Part shown: one piece after another, positions 13,110-25,763 of the stretch | How the letters are laid out: each line of letters begins with the position of its first letter | How positions within the stretch are numbered: position 1 is the stretch's first letter | DNA from: Octopus sinensis | Taxonomy: Eukaryota | DNA length: 64,000 bases | Assembly: GCF_006345805.1 (NCBI RefSeq) | Contig: NC_043008.1 | Span: forward strand, 16,058,001-16,122,000 | Direction: 5' to 3' | Notes under the pieces: generated by a model | What the model saw: the letters and a program-made list of their open reading frames with translations, nothing else | Databases searched by the model: none | What the model was told of the DNA's origin: nothing | Position numbers and translations under genes: made by a program

Positions 13110-13110
13110 T
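12800..13110. repeat. compound (TA)n/(TG)n/(CATA)n microsatellite block
   Basis: Directly visible. Confidence 0.95.
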
Positions 13111-13727
13111 TGTATTTACGTATATATGTATGTACGTCTATGAATGTATTTTTGTGCGCGTTTGCGTGTGCATTGATATGTATATGGATGTGGGTGTGTG
13201 CGCGTGTAAACACTGATAAACAAGTTATACGCCTGCTGCGCTTTTAACCGATACGCTGTGAGTCACCTAACTAAGGATCCAATATCTTTGAAGAGTTCAA
13301 ACGTTCAGAAGATTATGAAGCATCTTTGAGTTCAATGAGATCGATGATCGTTCCTTTCATATTCCTTATTTGTTGAGTCATGCCGAATATAATCTGCGTG
13401 CTCGCGCTCTTTGCTTCCAAAAGAATCTAATTATACAACCCATTTCTACCAATCCCTAAATTGAGTGTGTCGGTCGACAAAATTGGTAATTTTCTGGAAG
13501 GAATGCAATTATGATTCAATAAAGATAAATCTGACTCATTTGTTTGTGCTGTCCTATCTGATAGTATTTTATGGGCTGTATAATATTTTGGTTATCATTT
13601 CCCTTGTTATAATTTCTCCGCGAATAGGAAACTGGCGTAGTTGAATAAATATCAAGGATATTCTCATACTGTTGATTAAATGCACACTTATATATGGAAG
13701 TTTCCCTAACAACGAAACAAAGAGGGC

Positions 13728-13916
<189 letters not shown>

Positions 13917-13990
13917 TCACTTGACCGTTCAGAATGGCGACATATTAGTCTGCAGTTTATTAACTGGACGTAAAATATTATACCTACATG

Positions 13991-14125
13991 AAGCGGCGAG
14001 CTAACAGAATCATTAGCACTGGGACAAAATGCTTTGCGGTATTCAATCAGCCTTTACATTTTGATTTCAAACTTCGCTAAGCGACAGGGGTCGCTATTGT
14101 CGACTTACCCCTTCCTACGAAATTA
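13991..14125 (+). mobile_element. degenerate family-B SINE fragment
   Basis: AAGCGGCGAGCTAACAGAATCATTAGCAC head resembles GGCGGCGAGCTGGCAGAAACGTTAGC at 36878. Confidence 0.55.
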
Positions 14126-14940
14126 CTGATCTTATGCTATAATTTGAAGCCAATATTATATACATACATTGCCCATAAAACTTGTTGAACAAAATGACTA
14201 GACCAGCGACAAGTTCGTTTTTATATTATACGCATGGACTCATTTCTGAAAAATGCTGGTTTTACTTTGTAGAAATGAGCGCGTTTATTTATAAATTTAA
14301 ATGTTCTCGGGGAAAGAGTTACAGTTACACCAAAATTTTTATTTTCTCAAACTCATAATATTTGATGATTAATGAAAATATACCTATTTTAACTTAAATT
14401 GGAGAGAAATAAGATTTAAAATTATAAAGATGACAGAAATCGATGGATTAGTTTAAATACTTGCATATCAATATGCTGTAAAACCGCTTGTTCTACAGAA
14501 ATTTAAGTGAGAATGTTTTATGCTTTATACTATGTAAGTGCATATAGTTATTGATGTATATATAACGAAGACCTTAGATTCTGGTGTGACACTATTTTTT
14601 TTATATTTCCATTGCAGCGTTATGAGTAGGACTATTCAAATCAGTAATATAAGGCAGATGAGAATAATTTTCATGTGACACACTAATCAACATATTTTAA
14701 TTATATTAATTTCATATCGTAAATCTAATGGCATTTGAGTGATAAATATTGCGTCTTAGCAATAAACTATATATCAGCATGTCATGAACATTCGATAAGC
14801 ATATAACGGATTGAATATTTTGTCCTTGCCGTTGGTCCGCGACATATTGCCACAAGACAACTCTCATTGACAGAAAAAATTAATATTTCTATATTCATAA
14901 ATTTTATTTAAATATCCAGTACATTACTGACGACAATTAG

Positions 14941-15234
14941 GTACTATTTAAGAAGGGTGGTCCCGGTGCGCGCACTCGAGTACTCGCGCATCTGCGCTAG
15001 CTAGTCGTGACTAGTCGATTCTACAACGACTACCTAGCAAAGTAAATAAAACACAAAATAGATATTTTTTTTAACCAAAGTAAATAAAACACAAAAACGC
15101 AAAGTAAATAAAATTTTAAAACAAAGTAATTAAAACTCAAAATCACAAAGTAGGGATCGACTAGATACGACTAGCTAGCGCGGATGGGTGAGTACGCGAT
15201 TGCGCGCACCAGGAGAACTCTTTTTAAATAGTAC
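14941..15234. mobile_element. MITE/foldback element with ~84-bp TIRs and internal ~23-bp tandem repeats
   Basis: 14941-15024 and 15150-15234 are imperfect inverted repeats (GTACTATTTAAGAAGGGTGGTCCCGGTGCGCGCA... vs reverse complement GTACTATTTAAAAAGAGTTCTCCTGGTGCGCGCA...). Four copies of CAAAGTAAATAAAAC-like units in the spacer. Both ends are GTAC (a GTAC or TA TSD is possible). Confidence 0.85.
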
Positions 15235-15363
15235 TCGTAAATTACATGATATTAAATAAAATACGATTGTATGAGTGAGTAGGAGTGTGCGTGCCTTTAT
15301 GCTTGCGCACATTTAGGTAGATATATGTTACTCTCTTTTGGTGCGTCGATATTTACACACGGT

Positions 15364-15560
15364 AAGGCAGAGAGATGACAAAATCGTTACCGCTCTTGCG
15401 CTCTTGGCAGAAAACGTAGCGATATTTCGTCCGTTATCAGTTCAAGTAGCCGAGTTCGTATTTGCCATTCATAATATCGGGGTCGATAAAAGAAATATCA
15501 TTTGAAGACTGGGATCTATGTAATGGACTTAACCTTTCCCCGAAATTGTTGGCTTAATGA
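15364..15560 (+). mobile_element. highly degenerate family-B SINE
   Basis: Residual AAGGC...AAAATCGTTA...ATTTCGTCCGTT...GGGGTCGATAAA...GATCTATGTAATGGACTTAACC motifs. Confidence 0.5.
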
Positions 15561-16898
15561 TTGATTTTCTAAATATTCTCTGATAGTCACGATAGCGCAA
15601 TTTTAATCACAAAATTACAATCTCGTGAAAAACTATAATAATGTGTACGTTATAGAGATATTTTGCAGTACACGAGAGGTACATGGTTAAATTAATTAAT
15701 ATAGGAGGAAGATGTCCCGCCTAATCATGTCATGCACTACTGTGTGCAAGTTATTGTTCACATCTGTTTCTAGTAGAGCAATGTGCTCTGACACATTACA
15801 AGTGGTTCACTCGACGTAAGTACCATTCATAAATACCATATAACAATGAATAAAGTTATGGTACAGACGATAGGTTATGAAGTCACTAAATATTCTAATG
15901 TGGCGTAAGGCAACGTAAATTGAAATTATTCAAATGCAATCTGTCAGGTAAAATGCTTTATTAAATTTTCCTGTGTCCAAATCCGTTGACTTCTATCAAT
16001 TTAGTTATGCGAAGGCTTTGCTCTCAGGTTTCCAAAAACGTTTTTAAAATAATCTATGGCATAATTTATAAAACGACGACAGAATATTTCCAGTCGTCGT
16101 TTCATATAAAAATTTCCACTCAGACTAAGTTTTGACAATGTCAACACTCTAAAGACTGGTCAAGGAATTGTTCGCACATCTAGATACAAATGACCCAGTT
16201 CATTTTATTCATGTTATGCACTTCGGGAATGTATGATATATGATAATTAAGGTTACCCTTTCAGAAATTTTATGAATCGGAGAAAAATCTTTCTTATAAA
16301 GGATATAAAGATATTTCTCTTTCACTTTCAGCCATTTACAACAAATGTCATGGGGTTATATTATCTGAATGACATAATTTGATATACGGACGCTCGCACG
16401 CAAACGTACGTACATACACAATCACAACACACACACACATACATATGCATAAACATACATACACACACACGCGCATACACACACATACACACAAACACAC
16501 ACACAGATATATATATATATATATATTATATTAAATTAGAGATAAAACCACTATTAGGCAAATCAAACAATGAAAAACTTAAGCCAATACATAAAATTAA
16601 TAAATTTATATTATATATATATATATTAGTGTAATGTGCGTATGTTGCCCAGAGAGAAAAAAACGGCGAGAGAAAACGGTTAGAAATGATTTTAATTAAT
16701 GAAGAACTATATGATTTCATATGTATATCAAAGCAATCGTACGTATAACAAAATTAGATGCAGTCTTCAACGTGTTCGAGTTGTGCATTGAACTTATTTT
16801 ACTTCTTTTAATTGCGTAGACACTCTACACTATATTTATTACATTAATTCAAGGATAATAAAGGAACGTGATGAAGTGTAACATACACATTGAAATAT

Positions 16899-17292
16899 TC
16901 TTTTCTACTCTTCGCACAGGGCCTGAAATTTTCGAGGAATGGGCCAGTCGATTAGATCGACACCAGTACGTAGATGATACTTAATTTATCGACCTCGAAA
17001 AGATGAAAGAAAAAGGTGACCACGGCGGAATTTGAACTGAGAACGTAAAGGCAGACGAAATACTTATTTCTTTACTACCCACAATGGGCTAAACACAGAG
17101 AGGACAAACAAGGACAGACAAACGGATTAAGTCGATTATATCGACACCAGTGCGTAACTGGTACTTATTTAATCGGACCCGAAATGATGAAAGGCAAAGT
17201 CGATCGGCGGAATTTGAACTCAGAACGTAGCGGCAGACGAAATACTGCTAAGCATTTCGCCCGGCGTGCTGACGTTTCTGCCCGCTAGCCCT
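16899..17292 (-). mobile_element. dimeric family-B tRNA-derived SINE
   Basis: Minus-strand head GCAGAAACGTCAGCACGCCGGGCGAAATGCTTAGC, two GTTCAAATTCCGCCG (B-box) units. The distal unit ends in a different tail (…GTGCGAAGAGTAGAAAA). Confidence 0.9.
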
Positions 17293-18099
17293 CGTATATG
17301 GTATATATGTTTCTGTTTGTCTGCATATATATTCAAATAGATATAAACATGGCGTAAGAACAAAAGACGGAAAGAAAGTTTGTTTTGAAATTTTGAAGTC
17401 CCCTTTCCTGATAATGTTTGACTGGTCGACAGAAAGGAATGTTAGTGAATAACAAAAAAAAATGTTAATCTTGGAAGAACATGAAATTGAGAATTTCAAT
17501 AGACATGATGCAATATAGAGTAACACTTAAAATTGCTACCTTATTATTTTATTACTGTGGGTAGTAGTAAAACTAAAATATGGTTTGTTAATCTACTGAG
17601 CTGTGTACTTCATTTAAAATAACTTACTGGTTATTCATCGTATAACTTTATTACATCTATCAGACTTCTTCGTTTCTTAAACAGAAAGGCAGTAATGAAT
17701 ACGTGCAAGTTCAAATGCTCTGTAAACCACATAACCAAATGGATATTAATTTATATGATATAATAGTTTATTTTATAATGATAATTATAATCGAATCGCT
17801 TCTTTCTTTATTTTCGAAGTTTGTTGTTCTCTTAGAATTTATGTGGAATACACCAAATATTTCGTCAGTTTTAGAATGTTCCTCTTTATTGAAAATGGTA
17901 TTTCGACGCCACCACATATCAATAGGAATAATTTTTATCAATTTGTGCTCAATTACAGAATATAATACTACGTCGTTCTTTCTTTGTGAAATTACACTCT
18001 ATGAACTAGTTTTTGATTTTGAATTCCTTACCAGACAACCATATACACTCACGCACCCCCCCCACACACTTATATATAAAGTATAATATAATATGTAGA

Positions 18100-18425
18100 T
18101 ATAGGACATATACCTTTATATAAATAAACAATATATATTGATTATATATATATATATGTTTCTCTATACATTATGTATATATATATATATATATATACAT
18201 ACATACATATTTATATATATATATATATATTATATATATATATAAATAAATATATATATATATATATATGTTTCTCTATACATTTATGTATATAATATAT
18301 ATATACATACATACATATATATTATAATATAATATAATAATAAATATATAATATATATATATATATATATATGTTTCTCTATACATTTATGTATATATAT
18401 ATATACATACATACATATTTATATA

Positions 18426-18468
<43 letters not shown>

Positions 18469-18505
18469 TATAATTATATATATGTGTATATAAATGTGTA
18501 TGTAG

Positions 18506-18536
<31 letters not shown>

Positions 18537-18565
18537 CATAAATGTATAGAGAAACATATATACAT
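18100..18565. repeat. (TA)n-embedded minisatellite: three direct copies and one inverted copy of TATGTTTCTCTATACATTTATGTA
   Basis: Direct copies near 18155, 18268 and 18371. Reverse-complement copy TACATAAATGTATAGAGAAACATA at about 18536-18559. Confidence 0.85.
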
Positions 18566-19538
18566 ACAAACACACACGCACACACACACACATATATTAA
18601 AGTTTTATACTTAATAATTACATTGTTTTGTTCATCTAACACCACGGCAGACGTAAGACATTGCTTTAAAATACTATTTGCTTATTACATCAACTAGGTA
18701 GGTGTCTAACATCTGAAACTGCTTTTGTTCATACAAAGATCAATATCTTGAGAACAACACGTATAATTAAATATAATATAATTTGTTATGTACAAAGTGG
18801 AAGCCTTCAGCTAGATATTATTTTGTTTGAAATATATTTCGTATATGATTCATTCTAGCGTCTCCCTAACGCTTATACACAGTCCAAATTCATAGCAACA
18901 ATATCAAAGAATATAACAAACTTATAGTGATTACCAAACTTATTTTAAAAAGGTTTGTTACTTTTTTTTTAATCTTCCAAGTAAAATCTTACACAGACTA
19001 AGCTGTACAAAAAGACGACACAATGGATGTAGTATATTTTCATAACGTTATTCTTTACAAACACCTGTAAGTATAAAATATTATGTATCATAATAATAAT
19101 GAGAATACGTTATAAATATACATATAGAAACACATTCATATTATGCAGCCAATCAAATTACGTCAAAGCTTGTAAAATAATCCATTTAGACAAGTAGTAG
19201 TTATGTATTAAAGAAATATTGATTTTCAAAAATTACTTTAAACTAATTATGCAGGTTATTATTTACTGTTTAACAGGGAGAAGCGTCTAAAATATTCCCC
19301 TGTTTAAACACAAATTATTTGTATTCACTCTTTCACTTATCTACTCACCGCTTAGTGAATTGGTGAAACTTCATTTCAGAATATTCCAATGCTCGTTGTC
19401 GACATATTTACGTACTGAAGATGTCCCAAAGAATTTCTGTGCCTGCTTCTGAACACTGATCGATGATATGCTCATTAAAAACTAAGACAGTAGCATCAAG
19501 GTTAGAATGACAGCTTTGGAAAGAAGAATAAAAAACAA

Positions 19539-19953
19539 GGCGTTGAGCTGGTAGAAACGTTAGCTACGCCGGGCAAAATGTTTAGTGGTAATTCATCGGC
19601 CGTTACGTTTTGAGTTCAAATTCTGCCGAGGTTGACTTTACCTTTCATTCTTTCGGGGTCGATTAAATAAGTACCAGTTGCGCACTGGAATCGATATAAT
19701 CGACTTAATCCGTTTGTCTGTCTTTGTTTGTCCTCTCTTTGTTTAGCCCCTTGTGGGTAGTAAAAAAATAGGTATTTCGTCTGCTGTTACGTTCTGGGTT
19801 CAAATTCGGCCGAGGTCGAATTTGCCTTTACTCATTTCAGGGTCGATTAAATAAGTGCCAGTTGCGCACTGGAATCGATATAATCGACTTAATCCGTTTT
19901 TCTGTCCTTGTTTTCCCCCTCTGTTTTTAACTCCTTGTGGGCAATAAAGAAAT
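19539..19953 (+). mobile_element. dimeric family-B SINE with 18-bp TSD
   Basis: Head GGCGTTGAGCTGGTAGAAACGTTAGC, two internal units. TSD AAGAAGAATAAAAAACAA at 19521-19538 and 19954-19971. Confidence 0.92.
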
Positions 19954-20791
19954 AAGAAGAATAAAAAACAATTGCGTCCCTATAAGTGCGGTTTAGAGGT
20001 ATTTTATTTTGTGGAGATATTTCTTTAAGAATTACATAAAAATAAATTGGACACAGTTGTACTATTATTATTACCTAAAAGAATACGCTACATTTTAAAA
20101 TGTGACATCCTCTTCACATCCCCATGGAAATTAGTAACTAAGTATATTTGATAAGAAAGTACTTATTGTACTGTACATGTAATATTTTTTGATTACATAC
20201 ATACATACAAACAGACACAACGCTTTACACTATACATTTTCGAAATATATGTGAAACCGGTCAAGTGAAATTCATATATTTTAAAATATAATTCAATTCT
20301 ATTTACTTCTAATCTACTCTGTGTTCATTTTTATTTAGATTAATAACAATATTCATTCAAAAAGATGTCCCTAAGAATTTCTGTGCCTGCTGATGAACAT
20401 TGATCGAAGATATGTTCATTGATAAGCTGAGACAGTAGGCTGAAGAAAAAAGTTGGGAAAAATCTTGGAGTCGTCGAGGATAATATTGAAGTGGAATCAC
20501 GAGTTCACATTTTAATAATACAAGAGAAACTAAAACATAAGTGTTTCGTGAAAGCTGCTGAATTATTAATCCCGCATTCGATTATTAGTCCTGCACTCGA
20601 GGCATCAGTAGTTCGCAATAAAAATTAACATAATCAACCTTGTACTAGGAAAACCGTGGAGAATATTGAGGTAATTTATTTCTAAACAATATTAAGTTTG
20701 TGTATTTATTTTTCAAGATTCCTGACGGGAAATCGTGTGTTGAAACAAACAATTTTATATTTCGGTATGGTCCTAATTTTTGCCAAATAAA

Positions 20792-21032
20792 CACACGCAC
20801 TAAATATTCGTTCTTCACATCAGCATTATTATTGTTCTTATTTTGGTATCCATTTTTTAAAAATCTTTCGCCACAAAATTTGTGATCTCTTCGGTGTCAC
20901 TCCATCTCACGTGTCTCCTCGCGAAAGAGGTCAGATAATGTGTGCCGAAAGAATTAAGAAAAGGACACAAAAATGCGATCAATAATAAAGCTGAACTGAA
21001 GAACGTTGAAGAACGGATATGTAGTGCGTGTG
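20792..21032. mobile_element. head-to-head palindrome of two H1 repeat copies (imperfect ~100-bp arms, ~28-nt loop)
   Basis: CACACGCACTAAATATTCGTTCTTCA...TCTTTCGCCACA...TCTCTTCG pairs with CGAAAGAGGTCA...TGTGCCGAAAGAA...TGAAGAACGGATATGTAGTGCGTGTG. Each arm carries a decayed hammerhead-like core. Confidence 0.75.
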
Positions 21033-21692
21033 ATAATTTCACCAAAGAAGTGACCAACGCGAAATATTTCAGTATCCCTAAACAGTTATTTCTCTTCAAA
21101 AGTCTGTCTCTCAACCACTACATTTCGTCTATTTACTGTACATTACACGGTATATTTATGTAAATACCTGCTAAGCTGGAAAGATGTTTCTGAGTTGTAT
21201 TGCCGTGCTCTAGTTGTCCAGGGATATGTGCATAAATTCCGAACGATAGAGATGTATATTCGGAATAATAGAAATCGGTGGATTCACTCATTGTAATGAA
21301 AAGAAATGATATAGACAAAGATTGAATTGACATTTTGTTACATTGCTCCCTTTGTAGTGAATTAATACATGAGAAATTATATGCAATTGTTTGAATTGCA
21401 AGGGAGAAAATTTAGGACACAGACATATAGATATATATTGTCTGTTGTTACTTATTGTTATTGTTTTGGTTCTATTTGTTCGCAAGACTTTCCTTATTGA
21501 TGTTCAAGTAGTAACAGCGACATGTTCAAATAATATAAGAAACACAATTTTAGGACAAAAGGAGAAAGGTCAATGTAGAGTAAACGCAGAATTCCAAGAA
21601 CAACAATATTAACAAAGATCTATTTGCAAATATTTCGTTTTTGGATTTGATTTGCAAGATTCTTTATATGAGTTCGTGTGTTGAATCATATT

Positions 21693-21892
21693 CTGTTGTG
21701 TCTGGGGAGAGTAATTTTTTTTCATCCTTATAATGTAACACACTCACCGGTAAAATTTCCTTATTTTTAAAAGGTTGCAAGACGCAACGAAAATTTTAGG
21801 AAAATAAAAATAAGGAATAAGTGGTAATCTTACCGGTGAGTGTGTTACATTATGAGGTACAAAAAGAAAATGACTCTCCCCAGACACAACAG
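21693..21892. mobile_element. foldback element (second family) with a hammerhead-like stem II at its centre
   Basis: CTGTTGTGTCTGGGGAGAGT...AATGTAACACACTCACCGGTAA at 21693-21753 is inverted at about 21830-21892. The centre reads AAAAG-GTTGC-AAGAC-GCAAC-GAAAATTTTA (21769-21798). Confidence 0.75.
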
Positions 21893-23073
21893 TATTTGCA
21901 AATAATTCGACAGAAGGTCGTAGTGAAACATATACTTTGAAGTTTTTAGACAGGAATGGAGAATTATTTCTTCTGTGTTACACAATGCAAACAGGCTCAG
22001 GCTGTAAATTATTTTAGAGAATAATTTTCATGTGGTAAAACAATGTTTTATTCTAAAATACATATTTGCTGCAATAAGCATGTTCTGTTTTTCAAAGTTA
22101 ATCTAATCAGCAACATTCGGAAACACATAAAGATATATAAAAAGAATAAGAGAATATAAACAATTGTAAAGATACACAGAGGATAGGATTTGTTGGAAAT
22201 TTAGCGTTGATTATATATCCAAAATTCACCCGGACACTTTTGTTTTGGCTCAAAATTGCTTTATTTAATGAAGGTTCTTCCGTATACCTATTATTTTCAC
22301 TCAATTCTTCATTCTGTCAAGAAGGCTTTTTATAGTAAGATGGCATTTTTCGTTTGTCTAAGTAAGCTTATGTAAGTTCCACTGCAAGAACGTTAACAAA
22401 CCTCTATATATGCACTTCTCGCTTTTCTCTGTTTGCTTTCCTTTCCTTTAAGCATATATGAAACATCACTATTATTAGTAGTATTATTACTGCCATTGTC
22501 AATATTATTATTATTATTATATTATTATTATTATTGTCGTTGTTGTTGCTTTTGTTGTTTTTATTAATCTTTTTATTATTATCTGTCGATTTATTTAAAT
22601 CACACTTCATTTTGCAAAAGTGAGATTTATCTACACAGATAAGTATTATCATTATTCATTAGTAATCTTCGTTGCTGTTGGTTTTCTGTTAGTTTAGAAG
22701 TGCGAATCGTTCGTTGTGATTGATGAAGCACTTCCCACGGATCTGACATTTCACTATGGAAATCTAACAATAGTGTACTCTACGAGAGATTTTGCTACAG
22801 TGTTCCATTATTCCTTATTTTCATCACGTTTCTAGAAACCATCTATGTAAGACGTCACTGTGTAATTACAAAGAATCCACTTCGTTTGGTGTTCTGTTCA
22901 TTTGTACTTTACTAGATCTGTTTTAATTTAAACAAAAGAATTTCCTTTGATGACCACAACAGTTAATCATGTGTGATATGTATGGATTTTGAGAAGAGAG
23001 AATCTGGTAGTGAGGCATAACACCGGTATACATACATACATAAACATGCACACACACACACACACAAACACAC

Positions 23074-23121
<48 letters not shown>

Positions 23122-23149
23122 ATATATATATATATATATATATATATCT

Positions 23150-24050
23150 TTATATACGAAGGAAAGTTATTTTATTGCATAAGGGTTCAAATATAGAAAA
23201 AAGTTGAAAATGCAATAGGAATCTTCTAAATGATATATTTTTAAAGGTTTAACCAGTTTCAAAAGTTTTTCTGATTTTCAAAAGGTATGTGAGATGGGTA
23301 AATGTGGGGCTATGCACCAACTGCGTTTCTTCTGTCTAATGTTCGAAAATTTTCTTATCTTTCTGAAGCGAACATGACACAGTTTAATATATGTTTAGGA
23401 TGTTATTTGAATAGCAGAGAATGATCATGTGATTAGAAATATGTTCCCGTTTTACACCTACATTCATGTTTTTCAATAATTATTTTCGGTTCCGAAAGTT
23501 AAGGCTGGCGCGGTTGAATGTGAATGTCTAGTGAAAGTCCTTAACAATGTGTCGAGTGGTAGAATAGACAGGAATTGGCTGTAGGTGGTTGTTAAATACT
23601 TTTAGATCTCATTTATTAGCAATAGTGTTTGTGTGAGTTATTGATGCTATTTAAGTCGTGCTTTGTATTTTTCAACAAGTACATTCATATTTGACTTGTG
23701 GTGATGTTTCAATAAAGATTACGGTGGAAGAGTTGGAATATTTGGAACGTATTTGCCGTCAGGACTAAGCCACTCTGGACTAAGCAAGAAGAAAAGCAAT
23801 TCAAAAGATAAACTTGTCAATACCTACATTCACTGCATGTAGGTATTGAAAGTTCAAAATTTGAGGCTTTGTAAATTAAGTATGTACAATGGCTAAATGC
23901 GTATGGTTTGTATGCATTTCGTTGTACTTTAGTGTCATGCGAGAAAAATTCATGATTGTGCCAAAAGTTATGGTGGTTGGCTGTGTAAATTCAAGTTGTC
24001 ATGTGTTAAAAGTGTTTGTATTTGAGTAGTCTTTCCTGAGCATACTTTTC
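23150..24050 (-). mobile_element. old Penelope-like element, 3' portion
   Basis: Minus strand shows remnants resembling a GIY-YIG C-terminal region (LIYKAS; NITTSQI*MYLLKNTKHDL) and a decayed core TTGAAAATCAGAAAAACTTTTGAAACTGGTTA at about 23250-23283. Abuts (TA)n. Confidence 0.45.
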
Positions 24051-24313
24051 TAAATATGCTTGCTGTTTTATTTTTTAAATATTCTTATGAATAGATTTTC
24101 ATTTTTATTCCTCTCTGATCCGTGATATCGACTGATCTACGTGGAAACAATTGGATTTTGGGTGACTTGCTTTTTGCACATATAATGTGTGCCCAGTCTG
24201 TGGGATCTGTCAGATATTGGGACCACCTATTTGCTGACGATGAATTGGCAGTCTTTTTCTGACAGTAAATTTTGCTTGACCTTGGTGATACTCGTTACAT
24301 CCTTCACATATAT

Positions 24314-24660
24314 TCTTTTACTGTTTTATTTGTTTCAGTCAGAATACTGCAGCCATACTGGAGCATTTCTATTATTCGAGCAAATAGACCCCAGTAAGAT
24401 TAGAAGATATTCTATCGGTCTTTTGCTGAACTTCTAAGTTACGGGACCGTAACAATACCCACAAGGGTTGTGAAGCGATGGTGAAGTGGACAAACACAGG
24501 CACACAGACATATACGTACATACATATATACGATGGATTCTTTCAGGTTCCGTCTACATAATCCACTAAGAACGCTTTGGTCGGCCTGAGACTATAGTAG
24601 GTGACACTTGCCCAAGGTTCTACACAGTGGAACTGAACCCAGAACCATGTCGTTGGTAAG
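24314..24660 (-). mobile_element. family-C SINE (internal microsatellite type)
   Basis: Reverse complement of ...CATGGTTCTGGGTTCAGTTCCACTG...CCTTGGGCAAGTGTC...GGCCGACCAAAGC...GACTGAAACAAATAAAA. Confidence 0.85.
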
Positions 24661-24696
24661 TATGCCTAAGTAAATGTAAATATATATATATATATA

Positions 24697-24741
<45 letters not shown>

Positions 24742-24746
<5 letters not shown>

Positions 24747-25040
24747 CTGTGTGGTAAGTAGCTTGCTTACGAAGTACATGATTCAGACCCACCGCTTGGG
24801 CAAGAAGTGTCTTCTGCCATAGCTTTAGGCCGACAGAAGCCCTGTGAGCGGATTTGGTAGATGGAAACTGAAAGAGGCCCATCGTATGTATATACGTATA
24901 TGTTTGTGTGTCTGTATTTGTCCCGCCACTATTGGTTAACAACAGATGCTGGTGTGTCTAAGTCCCAATAACTTAGCATCGGGGCTCTACTATGGCCGCA
25001 GTCAGACGACTGAAACAATAAAAATCAAAGAGTAAAAGGG
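24742..25040 (+). mobile_element. family-C SINE, internally deleted
   Basis: GTGACTGTGTGGTAAGTAGCTTGCTTAC head...TTTGGTAGATGGAAACTGAAAGAGGCCC...GACTGAAACAATAAAA tail. Confidence 0.85.
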
Positions 25041-25168
25041 AATATATATATAATATATAATAATATGATATATATATATATAATATAATATAATATAATT
25101 CGAAACAAAACCACTAGTTTAAAACCAAACAAGGAAAGACTTAATCAATACATAAAATTTTAATATAA

Positions 25169-25212
<44 letters not shown>

Positions 25213-25390
25213 ATAAAAAAAGGAAATGAAGAAAATGCTGACAAAATAATTTAAAATAAGGGAGAGTGTATTTAATTAGGTGAAAGTTCTTTTTACCGGT
25301 TGCGCATTTGTTATGCTTATCAAAAGATTTTTTTAAAGAGAGATAGAGTTAGACCTGACTGAAACAAATAAAAGATCAAAAGAGTAAAAG

Positions 25391-25475
<85 letters not shown>

Positions 25476-25763
25476 ATTATATTATAATTATAATTCGAAC
25501 AAAACCACTATTTTAAAACCAAACAAGGAAAGACTTAATCATACATAAAATTTTCATATAAATATATATATATAATATATCTATATATATATACGATATT
25601 ATATATATATGTGTGTGTGGTGAGTTGTATAAAAAAGGAAATGAAGAAATTGCTGACAAAATAATTTAAGTAAGGGAGAGTGTATTTATTGGTGAAAGTT
25701 CTTTTTACCGGTGACGCATTTTGTTATGCTTATCAAAAGATTTTTTTAAAGAGAGATAGAGTT
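25008..25763. repeat. local tandem duplication, two ~350-400-bp copies
   Basis: Both 25008-25350 and 25357-25763 run GACTGAAACAA...AAAACCAAACAAGGAAAGACTTAATC...AAAGAGAGATAGAGTT. Differences are mostly small indels. Confidence 0.9.

Noticed and set aside
16072-16103. AAACGACGAC/GTCGTCGTTT hairpin as a hammerhead stem III
   Set aside because: No CUGANGA core or stem I on either strand; a simple 10-bp inverted repeat.
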